64,000 nt of DNA from Bacillota bacterium (GCA_018435125.1 JAHDNZ010000022.1:13196-77195); one strand, 5' to 3'; positions 50,231 to 59,942 are shown, counted from the stretch's first letter. Numbers and translations: made by a program. The notes: generated from the letters alone by a model not told the origin.

Positions 50231-50641
50231 ATGAAAGAAATATGGAACTGGATCCAAGTTGTGATAACGGCAATCGGTGGATTCTTCGGATGGTTTTTAG
50301 GAGGAGCAGACGGATTTTTATATGCGCTACTAGTCTTTGTAGTCATCGACTATCTAACAGGTGTCTTATGTGCCATCGCTGATAAGACCCTATCAAGTGA
50401 AGTGGGATTTATCGGAATCAGCCGTAAAGTGCTGATTTTTGTTTTAGTGGGTGTAGCCAATATTTTAGACGTTTATGTGATTGGTGATGGGAGCGTACTA
50501 AGAACAGCGATTGTTTTCTTCTACTTATCAAATGAGGGAATTTCGCTGTTAGAAAATTCAGCTCACCTTGGACTACCTATCCCAGAAAAACTAAAAGATG
50601 TATTAGAACAGCTTCATAACAAGAGCGACGAGGAGGAATAA
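50231..50641 (+). CDS. Holin (TcdE/phage_holin_4-like, 3 TM)
   Basis: AAAGGAGG RBS; hydrophobic segments ITAIGGFFGWFLGG, LYALLVFVVIDYLTGVLCAI, VLIFVLVGVANIL. Confidence 0.8.
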   Translation: MKEIWNWIQVVITAIGGFFGWFLGGADGFLYALLVFVVIDYLTGVLCAIADKTLSSEVGFIGISRKVLIFVLVGVANILDVYVIGDGSVLRTAIVFFYLSNEGISLLENSAHLGLPIPEKLKDVLEQLHNKSDEEE

Positions 50642-50643
50642 TC

Positions 50644-51582
50644 ATGAAAACTAAAGGAATCGATATCAGCACGTGGCAAAAACCAAGTCAGATAAACTAC
50701 GACCAGCTTGCAAAAGAGGTTGATTTTGTCATTCTACGTGCAGGATACACCGGTCACGGTACAGGAGTGAGTTTACACAAAGATGATGCCTTTGAAAAAC
50801 ACTACAAAGCCTTTCACGAGAGAGGTATTCCTGTCGGTGTTTACTGGTACAGCTGTGCCAATACCAAAACCAAAGGCGTAGCAGAAGCGAAGAAATGTCT
50901 AGAAATTATCAAAGGCAAGTCCATCTCTTATCCCGTATTTATTGATACAGAGGATAATTATCACCAGCGACCAAGTGGCAAGAAAGCCATTACCGATGCT
51001 TTAGTAGGCTTTTGTGAAACCATAGAAAACGCAGGCTATTATGCCGGTATCTATGCATCTAGTTCTTGGTTTCAAGATTTAACAGAACTGGATCGTCTAG
51101 CACCTTATGATTTCTGGGTCGCTCAGTGGTCCAGTAAAGAACCGACTCTTCGTCATGGTATCTGGCAGTACACAAGCAAAGGTAAACTAAATGGTTACTC
51201 AGGCAACTTGGATATGAACTATGCTTATAAGGATTACAAAGCAATTATCCAAAGTGCAGGGCTAAATCATCTTGGCAAAGAAGAAAATACACCTGCTCCT
51301 ACAGAAAAGAAATCGGTTGAGACGCTGGCCAAGGAAGTCATTCAAGGCTTATGGGGTAATGGTGAAGAACGAAAGAAACGTTTAATGGATGCAGACTATA
51401 ATTATGTGGCAGTGCAATCAAAGGTCAATGAAATGCTATCTAGTAAGAAGCCTATTGATGCCATCGCAAAGGAAGTCATTCGTGGCGATTGGGGTAACGG
51501 ACAAGATCGAAAAAACAAACTTACAAATGCCGGTTATGACTACATTTCGGTACAAAAAAGGGTCAATGAACTCTTGAAATAA
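50644..51582 (+). CDS. Endolysin: GH25 muramidase + two Cpl-7 (CW_7) cell-wall-binding repeats
   Basis: GH25 N-terminus KGIDISTWQ...DFVILRAGYTG; duplicated ~40-aa repeat LAKEVIQGLWGNGEERKKRL / IAKEVIRGDWGNGQDRKNKL. Confidence 0.85.
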   Translation: MKTKGIDISTWQKPSQINYDQLAKEVDFVILRAGYTGHGTGVSLHKDDAFEKHYKAFHERGIPVGVYWYSCANTKTKGVAEAKKCLEIIKGKSISYPVFIDTEDNYHQRPSGKKAITDALVGFCETIENAGYYAGIYASSSWFQDLTELDRLAPYDFWVAQWSSKEPTLRHGIWQYTSKGKLNGYSGNLDMNYAYKDYKAIIQSAGLNHLGKEENTPAPTEKKSVETLAKEVIQGLWGNGEERKKRLMDADYNYVAVQSKVNEMLSSKKPIDAIAKEVIRGDWGNGQDRKNKLTNAGYDYISVQKRVNELLK

Positions 51583-51596
51583 GAACTAGTAAGATT

Positions 51597-51638
51597 GCCT
51601 ATCAAGGAGTATTTCTCTTTGGTAGGCATTCTTTTTTT
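51597..51638 (+). terminator. Rho-independent terminator after lysis cassette
   Basis: Imperfect hairpin GCCTATCAAGGAG-tatttct-CTTTGGTAGGC + TTCTTTTTTT. Confidence 0.5.
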
Positions 51639-51660
51639 CTAAACCGTCAGATTCTATTAC

Positions 51661-51684
51661 CTCCTGTGGCTACTAGGTAGAGGG
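51661..51684 (+). promoter_or_regulatory. Copy 2 of conserved motif CTCCTGTGGCTACTAGGTAGAGGG
   Basis: 13-nt core identical to copies at 22072 and 55962. Confidence 0.5.
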
Positions 51685-51721
51685 CAACAAATAAATCGCC
51701 CTTTGGAAAGAGGTGATGGAT

Positions 51722-51940
51722 ATGAAACACAATCTAAAAATCAGTGTTTCAAAGAAACCACAGACAGGCGGACTTGTTACCTATCGTAATGTGTCCGTAA
51801 GGGAACGAATTCTTCGCTTTCTTTTAGGGAGTAAACAGCGTGTAACGATTGTGATTCCTGGAGATAGCATCGAGGAACTCTCTATCTGTGAAATGACGAA
51901 AGGAGGAACTGACCTTGAGCAAAATAAAGTTACTGCTTGA
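51722..51940 (+). CDS. Phage small hypothetical protein
   Basis: AGAGGTGA RBS. Confidence 0.4.
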   Translation: MKHNLKISVSKKPQTGGLVTYRNVSVRERILRFLLGSKQRVTIVIPGDSIEELSICEMTKGGTDLEQNKVTA

Positions 51941-52232
51941 AGTGGTCAATGATATGCGAAGTCTTGCTGACAGCATACAGGCGGTTTGTAATGCAATGGC
52001 AGAAAGTGATTCTGCTCCCAAAGAAGTGCCTGCCACAAAGACAGAAACAGCAAACGAGCCGGATATCCCACTGGAAAAAGTGCGTATGGTACTTGCTGAA
52101 AAGAGCCAGATTGGGTTTACTGCCGAAGTGCGAGGACTCATTCAAAAGTATGGTACAGACAAGTTAAGTGCGGTTGACAAGGCTTACTACGCTGACATCT
52201 TGAAAGATGCGGAGGGTCTTGGAAATGGGTAA
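51915..52232 (+). CDS. Phage small hypothetical protein
   Basis: TTG start after AGGAGGAA. Confidence 0.4.
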   Translation: MSKIKLLLEVVNDMRSLADSIQAVCNAMAESDSAPKEVPATKTETANEPDIPLEKVRMVLAEKSQIGFTAEVRGLIQKYGTDKLSAVDKAYYADILKDAEGLGNG

Positions 52233-53361
52233 TCATGCAATATTATCTGCATCCTCATCCCACAGGTGGCTTAACTGCCTACCCTCTGCAAGACTTGAAC
52301 TGGAGTTTGAAGACCAAAGTGGTGAGGCAGCAAAAGAAGGCACAGCGGCTCATGACCTGTGTGAACACAAACTAAAAAAGGCACTTCATATGAGAAGTCA
52401 GCGACCTATCTCTGAGTATAACTCTGATGAGATGGAGGAATGTACAGATGCTTACGTGGACTTTGTTATGGAGCAGGTGGAACTTGCAAGAAAGTCTTGC
52501 ACAGATCCTATCGTTCTTATTGAACAACGTCTTGACTTCTCTTGTTATGTTCCAGATGGTTTTGGGACAGGAGACTGTGTAATCATTTCAGATGACAGAC
52601 TTCACATCGTAGACTTTAAATATGGACTGGGTGTGCTAGTTGATGCAGTGGACAATCCACAGATGAAACTGTATGCCCTAGGAGCACTTGGAATCTATGA
52701 TCACCTGTACGACATTAAAGAAGTGTCCATGACGATCTTTCAGCCAAGAAGAGAAAATGTCAGCACCTGGACAATACCGGTGGAAGAACTAAAAGGCTGG
52801 GCGGAAGAGGAACTAAAGCCTAGGGCGGTCAAGGCCTTTAATGGTGAGGGTGAATACATCCCCGGTCCATGGTGTACCTTCTGTAAAGCGGCAAACAGAT
52901 GTCGGGCCAGAGCCGAAGAAAAGCTAAAACTTGCAGAGAAAGAATTCAAGATGCCACCTCTGCTGACGGATGCTGAGATAGAAGAAATCTTACTTATTCT
53001 TCCCGACCTTACCAAGTGGGCGAATGAAATAACAGCCTATGCCACTGATGCAGCAGTCAATCACGGTAAAGAGTGGAACGGTTTTAAAGTTGTGGAAGGT
53101 CGCTCGGTTCGTAAGTACAAAGATGAAGGAGCCATTGCAGAAAAAGCCGTGGCAGGTGGATATAAGGATATTTACAGAAAGAGCCTTATTCCACTGACAG
53201 AGATGCAAAAACTGATGGGTAAATCCAAATTTGAGGAACTCCTCGGTGACCTCATTTACAAACCACCGGGTAAGCCGACTCTTGTTCCAAACTCAGATAA
53301 AAGACCGGCAATGAACGCAGCAGATGCTAAAAACGAATTTAACGAAATTATGGAGGATTAA
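52225..53361 (+). CDS. DUF2800-family PD-(D/E)xK nuclease (Cas4-like fold) of phage replication/recombination module
   Basis: N-terminal HAILSASSSHRWLNCLPSARLE; C-terminal Cys cluster CTFCKAANRC; GGAGGG RBS. Confidence 0.7.
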   Translation: MGNHAILSASSSHRWLNCLPSARLELEFEDQSGEAAKEGTAAHDLCEHKLKKALHMRSQRPISEYNSDEMEECTDAYVDFVMEQVELARKSCTDPIVLIEQRLDFSCYVPDGFGTGDCVIISDDRLHIVDFKYGLGVLVDAVDNPQMKLYALGALGIYDHLYDIKEVSMTIFQPRRENVSTWTIPVEELKGWAEEELKPRAVKAFNGEGEYIPGPWCTFCKAANRCRARAEEKLKLAEKEFKMPPLLTDAEIEEILLILPDLTKWANEITAYATDAAVNHGKEWNGFKVVEGRSVRKYKDEGAIAEKAVAGGYKDIYRKSLIPLTEMQKLMGKSKFEELLGDLIYKPPGKPTLVPNSDKRPAMNAADAKNEFNEIMED

Positions 53362-53366
53362 ATATT

Positions 53367-53918
53367 ATGGCAAATATGCAAAACAAGACAAAAGTTATCA
53401 CAGGTGTAAACTCAAGATTTTCATACTTCCACGGTTGGGAGCCTATATCCATTAATGGTGGTGCGGAAAAGTACAGCGTATCCGTCCTTATTCCAAAGGA
53501 TGACAAGGAAACCATTAATGCTATCCATGCAGCAGTTGATGCTGCCATTGAGGAAGGTATCGCAAAGTTTGGTGGTAAGAAACCAAATAAGGCAGCCATT
53601 AAACTACCGCTGCGTGATGGTGATGTAGAGCGTGATGATGAGGCTTATAAAGGCCATTACTTCATCAATGCGAATAGCAAGACAGCGCCACAGATTGTAG
53701 ATAAAAGTGTTAAGCCGATTATGGATCGCAGTGAGGTGTACAGCGGTTGTTATGGCAGGGTTTCACTTAACTTCTATGCCTTCAACTCAAATGGTAATAA
53801 AGGTGTAGCTTGTGGCCTTGGTAACATTCAAAAAATTAGAGACGGAGAACCTCTAGGCGGTAAGACTTCTGCAGTAGATGACTTTACGACTCTTGTAGAT
53901 GATGACTTCCTTGCCTAA
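53367..53918 (+). CDS. DUF2815-family protein (phage ssDNA-binding-like)
   Basis: MANMQNKTKVITGVNSRFSYFHGWEP; always paired with DUF2800 and PolA. Confidence 0.65.
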   Translation: MANMQNKTKVITGVNSRFSYFHGWEPISINGGAEKYSVSVLIPKDDKETINAIHAAVDAAIEEGIAKFGGKKPNKAAIKLPLRDGDVERDDEAYKGHYFINANSKTAPQIVDKSVKPIMDRSEVYSGCYGRVSLNFYAFNSNGNKGVACGLGNIQKIRDGEPLGGKTSAVDDFTTLVDDDFLA

Positions 53919-53991
53919 TAGAAACAATAAACTTGACGGTGGTGGAGATTTTCCCTCTGCCACCTTTTTTCATTTAGGAAAGGTGGTAGCT

Positions 53992-55932
53992 ATGAAGAAC
54001 TTAGAAATTGATATCGAAACCTATTCATCTACCAATCTACAAAAAAGTGGTGTTTATCGTTACGTAGAAGCAGATGATTTTGAGGTGATGCTGTTTGGTT
54101 ATGCGGTTGACGGTGATGAAGTTAAGGTCATCGATTTGAAGAATGGAGAAAGGATTCCAAAAGAAATCCTAGATGCCTTAACCGATGAAACCATTACGAA
54201 GTGGGCATTTAATGCTCAGTTTGAGCGAGTATGCCTTTCACGTTATTTAAGCTACCCAACTGGGACTTATCTAAATCCTTCCTCATGGAAATGTTCCATG
54301 GTTTGGTCTGCCTGTATGGGTTTACCACTTTCTTTAGAAGGTGTAGGTGCAGTGCTAGGGCTTGAAAAACAAAAGCTGACAGAGGGTAAAGACCTGATCC
54401 GTTACTTTTGTGTTCCCTGTACTTCAACAAAAACAAATGGCGGTAGAACTCGCAATTTGCCAACCGATGAAAGAGATAAATGGCAGCAGTTTAAAGCATA
54501 TAACAAGCGTGATGTGGAGGCAGAAATACAGATACAACAAAGATTGATCAAGTTTCCAGTACCAGAGGACATCTGGGATGAGTATCATCTCGATCAAGAA
54601 ATCAACGATCGAGGCATAAAGGTAGATATGGATTTTGTTAAGCAGGCCATCGCGATGGATGATATATCTCATGAAAAACTACTAACTGCTATGCAACAGA
54701 TAACACATCTCAAAAACCCTAACTCCGTACAACAAATGAAATATTGGCTTTCCGAAAATGGTCTAGAGATGGAGACACTCGGGAAAAAGGCGGTTGCAGA
54801 GAAACTTAAGGAAATAGACGGAGAGCTAAATGAAGTTCTTTCGCTCCGTCAGCAACTGGCAAAATCCTCGGTAAAGAAATATACAGCAATGGAAAATGCA
54901 GTTTGTAGTGATTCTCGCGCCAGAGGGATGTTTCAGTTTTATGGAGCCAACAGAACCGGCCGCTTTGCCGGAAGGCTGGTGCAATTGCAAAACCTCCCTC
55001 AAAACCATATGCCAGACTTAAAAGAGGCACGAAATATTGTCAGAAATGGTGATGTTGAAACACTGGAAATGCTCTATGAAGATATACCTGATACCCTCTC
55101 ACAACTGATTCGTACAGCCTTTGTACCAAGAGTTGGTCATAAGTTTATTGTGGCTGACTTCTCAGCCATTGAGGCTCGTGTGCTTTCATGGCTCGCAGGC
55201 GAAACATGGCGAACAAAGGTATTTGCTAGTGGTGGCGATATCTACTGTGCATCTGCCTCCCAGATGTTCAGTGTTCCCGTTGAAAAGCATGGTGTGAACG
55301 GTCACTTAAGACAGAAGGGTAAAATCGCTGAATTGGCACTTGGATATGGTGGTTCTGTTGGTGCGCTAAAAGCCATGGGTGCATTAGAGATGGGGCTTGA
55401 AGAGGAAGAATTAAAACCGCTTGTGAATGCCTGGAGAATGTCTAATCCAAACATCACACAGTTCTGGTGGGATGTGGATCGGGCGGCTAAACAATGCGTA
55501 AAGGAAAATAAATCACAAGAAACCCATAGCATCGAGTTTCATTGTTTTAGTGGCATGCTTTTTATCGTTCTTCCTTCCGGCAGAAGGCTTGCCTATGTAA
55601 AGCCTCGAATTGGTGAGAATCAGTTTGGTGGTGAGTCTGTGACCTATGAAGGAGTAGGTGGAACAAAGAAATGGGAGCGTCTTGAAAGTTACGGTCCTAA
55701 GTTTGTAGAGAATATTGTTCAAGCCATCTCCCGTGATATTTTGATGTATTCAATGAAGATGCTTAGTACTTATCCTATTGTGGCTCATGTCCATGATGAA
55801 GTAATTATTGAAGCCGATCCTCAAATATCGGTTACTGAAATATGTAAACAGATGAGTCAAGTGCCACCTTGGGCAAAAGGGCTGCTTCTTGATGCCGATG
55901 GCTATGAATGTGACTTTTATCGAAAAGATTAA
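53992..55932 (+). CDS. Phage family-A DNA polymerase (no 5'-3' exo domain)
   Basis: Motif A DFSAIEARVLSWLAGE, motif C VHDEVIIE, 3'-5' exo-like N-terminus IDIETYSS. Confidence 0.8.
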   Translation: MKNLEIDIETYSSTNLQKSGVYRYVEADDFEVMLFGYAVDGDEVKVIDLKNGERIPKEILDALTDETITKWAFNAQFERVCLSRYLSYPTGTYLNPSSWKCSMVWSACMGLPLSLEGVGAVLGLEKQKLTEGKDLIRYFCVPCTSTKTNGGRTRNLPTDERDKWQQFKAYNKRDVEAEIQIQQRLIKFPVPEDIWDEYHLDQEINDRGIKVDMDFVKQAIAMDDISHEKLLTAMQQITHLKNPNSVQQMKYWLSENGLEMETLGKKAVAEKLKEIDGELNEVLSLRQQLAKSSVKKYTAMENAVCSDSRARGMFQFYGANRTGRFAGRLVQLQNLPQNHMPDLKEARNIVRNGDVETLEMLYEDIPDTLSQLIRTAFVPRVGHKFIVADFSAIEARVLSWLAGETWRTKVFASGGDIYCASASQMFSVPVEKHGVNGHLRQKGKIAELALGYGGSVGALKAMGALEMGLEEEELKPLVNAWRMSNPNITQFWWDVDRAAKQCVKENKSQETHSIEFHCFSGMLFIVLPSGRRLAYVKPRIGENQFGGESVTYEGVGGTKKWERLESYGPKFVENIVQAISRDILMYSMKMLSTYPIVAHVHDEVIIEADPQISVTEICKQMSQVPPWAKGLLLDADGYECDFYRKD

Positions 55933-55950
55933 AGAAATCATCAGATTTCA

Positions 55951-55980
55951 CCTCCTGCCGTGGCTACTAGGTAGGAGGTG
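55951..55980 (+). promoter_or_regulatory. Copy 3 of conserved motif inside hairpin CACCTCCT-gccgtGGCTACTAGGT-AGGAGGTG, followed by TTTTTCT
   Basis: 8-bp stem around the conserved core; the GGAGG also serves as RBS of ORF 55988. Confidence 0.5.
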
Positions 55981-55987
55981 TTTTTCT

Positions 55988-56218
55988 ATGAACATTTATG
56001 AAGTAAAAGATGGTTGTCCGTTAAAGGGCAAAACCGATCAGATGACAGAGGAAGAATTACAAAAGGAATATGACTTTCATATAGCCGAGAGTATTGTCGC
56101 AAACCTATATAAAGAAGGCAAAATCACAGTGGATGAATTACACAAAATATCAGCCCTAAACAAGCAGAAATTCTCTCCTCGTTTAGCCGAGATTATGTCC
56201 AAAAAAGCTTGCTATTAA
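55988..56218 (+). CDS. Phage small hypothetical protein
   Basis: AGGAGGTG RBS, 76 aa. Confidence 0.45.
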   Translation: MNIYEVKDGCPLKGKTDQMTEEELQKEYDFHIAESIVANLYKEGKITVDELHKISALNKQKFSPRLAEIMSKKACY

Positions 56219-56246
56219 TAGCTTTTAGAGTGATGTATGTAATGGG
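56205..56246 (+). repeat. Copy B of ~45-bp cassette AAAAAAGCTTGCTATTAATAGCTTTTAGAGTGATGTATGTA
   Basis: ~90% identical to 31805-31848; contains palindrome AAAAGCTTGCTAT-TAA-TAGCTTTT. Confidence 0.5.
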
Positions 56247-56261
56247 CGAAAGCGAGGTGAG

Positions 56262-57827
56262 ATGATGAAAAAGATAACAAAAATAGATGAACTGCCCCAA
56301 GGACAACTACCTAATACGAAACTTAGGGTTGCCGCCTATGCCAGGGTCTCAACCGATAGTGATGAACAGCTTGAAAGCCTTAAAGCACAGCGTGAACACT
56401 ATGAGCGCTATATTAAGTCTAATCCTGAATGGGAGTTTGCTGGTCTTTATTATGACGAAGGGATCTCCGGCACCAAGATGGAGAAACGGACTGAACTGCT
56501 CCGCATGATACGAGATTGTAAGCAAGGTCGGATAGATTTTATTGTCACCAAATCAATCAGCCGCTTTGCTCGTAATACAGTAGATTGCCTAGAGTTAGTA
56601 AGAAAGCTGATTGATATCGGTGTTTACATTTATTTTGAAAAAGAGAATCTAAATACGGGTGATATGGAAAGTGAGCTGATGCTTTCTATTCTTTCAGGAT
56701 TTGCCGCAGAAGAGTCTGCATCTATTTCACAAAACTCAACATGGTCCATTCAAAAGAGATTTGAAAATGGCAGTTATGTTGGTACTCCACCCTACGGCTA
56801 CACCAATATAGATGGTGAAATGGTAATCGTCCCAGAAGAAGCAGAAATCATCAAACGTATTTTTGCTGAGTGCCTTTCAGGGAAAGGTGGAGGTACTATA
56901 GCAAGAGGTTTGAACAAAGACAAAATCCCAGCAAGAAGAGGTAATCACTGGAATGCAGGCACGGTGATAGACATGCTCCGAAACGAAAAATACATGGGAG
57001 ATGTTTTGTTACAAAAGACCTACACTGATAGTAACTACAACCGCCATTCGAATACAGGTGAAAAAGACCAGTACTATTACAAGGACAATCATGAACCTAT
57101 TATAAGTAGAGAAGACTTTGCTAAGGCACAAGATCTCATTGATGAAAGAGCCAAGATGAAGTGTAAGGGCGTGAAAAAGAACGTTTATCTTAATCGATAT
57201 GCTTTAAGTGGCAAGATTGTCTGTGGAGAGTGTGGTCGCAATTTTAGGAGAAAGACAAACTACTCAGCTGGTAGGAGTTACATTGCTTGGAGTTGCATCG
57301 GTCATATCGAAGACAAAGAGAGTTGCTCCATGTTGTTCTTGCGAGATGGGGAAATCAAAGCCACATTTACAACCATGATGAATAAACTTGCTTTCAGTAA
57401 CAAGCTAATCCTTGAGCCACTTTTCAAATCAATTAGCCAAATCGATGAAGAAAGCGACCGTGAAAGAATGGATGCTATTGATAAGCGAATGGAACAACTC
57501 ATGGAAGAACGCAACACCCTTATTAAACTGATGGCCAAAGGTTTCCTGGAGCCTGCTCTATTTAATCAGGAACGAAATGTTTTGGATAGTGAGATGAAAA
57601 ATCTTTCAACCGAAAAAACAAACCTTGTATCAAATTCCGCGAGTAGGGTTTGGCGAGCAAACGAGATAAAGGACCTCATTAATTATGTGTCAGCAGATAA
57701 TTTTAATGGTGACTACACGGAAGAACTATTTGAAGAATTTGTAGTGAACATCATTGTAAATTCCAGGGATGAGCTGACATTCAATTTGAAATGCGGTCTT
57801 TCCCTGAAAGAAAAGGTGGTGAGATAA
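56262..57827 (+). CDS. Large serine recombinase 1 (resolvase catalytic domain + recombinase domain + Zn-ribbon/coiled coil)
   Basis: Catalytic LRVAAYARVSTDSDEQ (Ser nucleophile), recombinase domain [26 protein letters not shown], Cys pairs CGECGRNF...C. Confidence 0.85.
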   Translation: MMKKITKIDELPQGQLPNTKLRVAAYARVSTDSDEQLESLKAQREHYERYIKSNPEWEFAGLYYDEGISGTKMEKRTELLRMIRDCKQGRIDFIVTKSISRFARNTVDCLELVRKLIDIGVYIYFEKENLNTGDMESELMLSILSGFAAEESASISQNSTWSIQKRFENGSYVGTPPYGYTNIDGEMVIVPEEAEIIKRIFAECLSGKGGGTIARGLNKDKIPARRGNHWNAGTVIDMLRNEKYMGDVLLQKTYTDSNYNRHSNTGEKDQYYYKDNHEPIISREDFAKAQDLIDERAKMKCKGVKKNVYLNRYALSGKIVCGECGRNFRRKTNYSAGRSYIAWSCIGHIEDKESCSMLFLRDGEIKATFTTMMNKLAFSNKLILEPLFKSISQIDEESDRERMDAIDKRMEQLMEERNTLIKLMAKGFLEPALFNQERNVLDSEMKNLSTEKTNLVSNSASRVWRANEIKDLINYVSADNFNGDYTEELFEEFVVNIIVNSRDELTFNLKCGLSLKEKVVR

Positions 57828-58244
57828 ATGGCATATATTCCATATGGATACAAAATTCAAGATGGAGTGGTTACTGTCGATGAAAAGGCAGCAGGTCAAG
57901 TAAAGGTATTCTTTGAGAAATACATATCAGGACTATCCCTTACAGTGGCTGGCGAACAGGCAGGTATTGAAAAGACACATTCTGTGATGGGGCGCATTTT
58001 GAAAAACGTCAACTACCTTGGAAATGATACGTATCCAGCAATTATTGATAAAGAGATATTTGATAAAGCTGAAGAAGTTAGAGATAAACGTGCAAAGGAT
58101 TTAGGACGAGTGGTAGAGCTTGCCGCTTTCACCTCTCCCCCTCCCAAAGAACGATTCAAAATGAAAAAGGCAGATAATAAGATGCCAGTGGATCCTTTTG
58201 AACGAGCAGAATACTTATACAGTCTGATAGAAAGCGAGGAATAA
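57828..58244 (+). CDS. Stand-alone recombinase-domain protein (homologous to LSR central recombinase domain only; no catalytic Ser domain)
   Basis: [35 protein letters not shown] aligns with LSR recombinase-domain segment; TAA-ATG abutting LSR1, TAA-a-GTG abutting LSR2. Confidence 0.55.
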   Translation: MAYIPYGYKIQDGVVTVDEKAAGQVKVFFEKYISGLSLTVAGEQAGIEKTHSVMGRILKNVNYLGNDTYPAIIDKEIFDKAEEVRDKRAKDLGRVVELAAFTSPPPKERFKMKKADNKMPVDPFERAEYLYSLIESEE

Positions 58245-58245
58245 A

Positions 58246-59808
58246 GTGACAGAGAAAAATATAATGGTTATTCCTGCTCGTAAAAGGGTAGGAAGTACAG
58301 CCGCAAAAGAAAAGATAAAGAAACTTCGTGTTGCTGCCTATTGCCGTGTTTCTACAGAAACAGAAGAACAAAATTCTAGCTATGAGGTTCAGGTCGCACA
58401 CTATACAGAGTTTATAAAGAAAAATAATGAATGGGAGTTTGCTGGCATCTTTGCAGATGATGGTATCTCCGGTACAAACACTAAAAAGCGTGACGAATTT
58501 AATCGTATGATTGCAGAGTGTATGGATGGTAACATCGACATGGTTATTACTAAATCCATCAGCCGATTTGCACGTAACACCCTAGACTGCCTTCAATATA
58601 TTAGACAGCTCAAGGATAAGAACATATCCGTTTATTTTGAAAAAGAGAATATCAACACCATGGATGCCAAAGGTGAGGTTTTGCTGACTATTATGGCATC
58701 TTTGGCACAACAGGAAAGCCAGAGCCTTTCACAAAACGTTAAGCTTGGGCTACAGTACCGATACCAACAAGGAAAGGTGCAGGTCAACCATAAGCGATTT
58801 ATGGGCTACACCAAAGATGAAGATGGAAATTTAATCATTGTTCCCGAAGAAGCTGAGATTATCAAACGCATCTACCGAGAGTACCTTGAAGGTCAGAGTC
58901 TAGTGCGCATTGGTCGAGGTCTTGAAGAAGATGATATTTTAACAGCAGCAGGAAAACCAAGATGGCGACCAGAATCAGTTAAGAAGATCCTTCAAAACGA
59001 AAAATACATCGGAGACGCTCTTCTGCAAAAGACCGTCACAGTAGATTTTCTTACCAAGAAGCGAGTTAAGAACGAAGGGCATGTTCCCCAGTATTATGTT
59101 GAAAATAGCCATGAGGCGATTATTCCTAAAGAGTTATTTTTGCAGGTGCAGGAAGAGATTCATCGAAGAAGCAATATCTACACAGGAGCAAGCAAGAACA
59201 AACGAATTTATAGTAGCAAGTACGCTTTAAGTGCCATTACCTTCTGTGGAGATTGTGGCGATATTTATAGGAAAACCTATTGGAATATTCATGGTAGAAA
59301 AGAATTTGTCTGGCGATGCGTGACTAGAATCGAGCAAGGTCCTGAAGTTTGTAAGAACCGAACCGTAAAAGAAGATGAACTCTATGGTGCTGTAATGACC
59401 GCAATTAATAAGCTACTTGCAGGTGGCAACAACATGATAAAGACCCTGGAAGAGAACATTCATGCTGTGATTGGTGAAACGACAGAATACCAAATTTCAG
59501 AGATTAACAACTTACTGGAGGAAAAGCAAAAAGAACTTATCAAGCTGGCGAACAAGGGTCAAGACTATGAACACCTAGCAGATGAGATTGATGAGCTGAG
59601 AGACAAGCGACAGATCCTTTTAGTAGAAGATGCCTCCCTCAGTGGCGAGAACGAGCGAATCAATGAGCTGATTGAATTCATCCGCAATAATAAATTCCGT
59701 ACCTTAGAGTACGACGATAAGCTTGTGAGAAAGATAATCCAGAGCGTTACAGTCTATGAAGACCACTTTATCATAACCTTTAAATCTGGCATCGAATTGG
59801 AAGTATGA
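58246..59808 (+). CDS. Large serine recombinase 2 (paralog of LSR1)
   Basis: GTG start; [16 protein letters not shown], recombinase domain [25 protein letters not shown], Cys cluster CGDCGDIY...C. Confidence 0.85.
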   Translation: MTEKNIMVIPARKRVGSTAAKEKIKKLRVAAYCRVSTETEEQNSSYEVQVAHYTEFIKKNNEWEFAGIFADDGISGTNTKKRDEFNRMIAECMDGNIDMVITKSISRFARNTLDCLQYIRQLKDKNISVYFEKENINTMDAKGEVLLTIMASLAQQESQSLSQNVKLGLQYRYQQGKVQVNHKRFMGYTKDEDGNLIIVPEEAEIIKRIYREYLEGQSLVRIGRGLEEDDILTAAGKPRWRPESVKKILQNEKYIGDALLQKTVTVDFLTKKRVKNEGHVPQYYVENSHEAIIPKELFLQVQEEIHRRSNIYTGASKNKRIYSSKYALSAITFCGDCGDIYRKTYWNIHGRKEFVWRCVTRIEQGPEVCKNRTVKEDELYGAVMTAINKLLAGGNNMIKTLEENIHAVIGETTEYQISEINNLLEEKQKELIKLANKGQDYEHLADEIDELRDKRQILLVEDASLSGENERINELIEFIRNNKFRTLEYDDKLVRKIIQSVTVYEDHFIITFKSGIELEV

Positions 59809-59831
59809 GACTCATTCCATAATTTTTATAT

Positions 59832-59866
59832 TGAACATATCATCTTGTTGTGTTATTCTATAAATT
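59832..59866 (+). promoter_or_regulatory. Candidate promoter of mef operon (TTGAAC N17 TATTCT / TATAAA)
   Basis: TTGAAC at 59832 with AT-rich -10 candidates ~59855-59866 upstream of leader ORF. Confidence 0.3.
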
Positions 59867-59899
59867 GATATAAATAAAGATGTAGGAGGAACCGAAACT

Positions 59900-59926
59900 A
59901 TGACAGCCTCAATGCGTTTAAGATAA
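59900..59926 (+). CDS. Macrolide-sensing leader peptide MTASMRLR of mef/msr(D) operon
   Basis: AGGAGGA RBS 9 nt upstream; ATG ACA GCC TCA ATG CGT TTA AGA TAA. Confidence 0.7.
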   Translation: MTASMRLR

Positions 59927-59942
59927 GCTGGCAATAAAAAAA

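Larger units (their letters stand above)
21230..59808 (+). mobile_element. Siphovirus-like prophage (~38.6 kb; HK97-like head module, HNH + small/large terminase, serine-recombinase integration module at right end); exact att sites not determined
   Basis: Contiguous co-oriented phage genes: Bro, primase, SNF2, HNH, TerS, TerL, portal, protease, capsid, tail, TMP, holin, lysin, PolA, two large serine recombinases. Confidence 0.8.

Noticed and set aside
57825-57830. Possibility that LSR1 and the 138-aa ORF are one gene split by a nonsense mutation (in-frame TAA-ATG)
   Set aside because: LSR1 already contains a complete C-terminal Zn-ribbon/coiled-coil, and the downstream ORF repeats a central recombinase domain. 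That order is not expected for a simple read-through fusion, so it is kept as a separate coupled gene, with the uncertainty flagged in findings.
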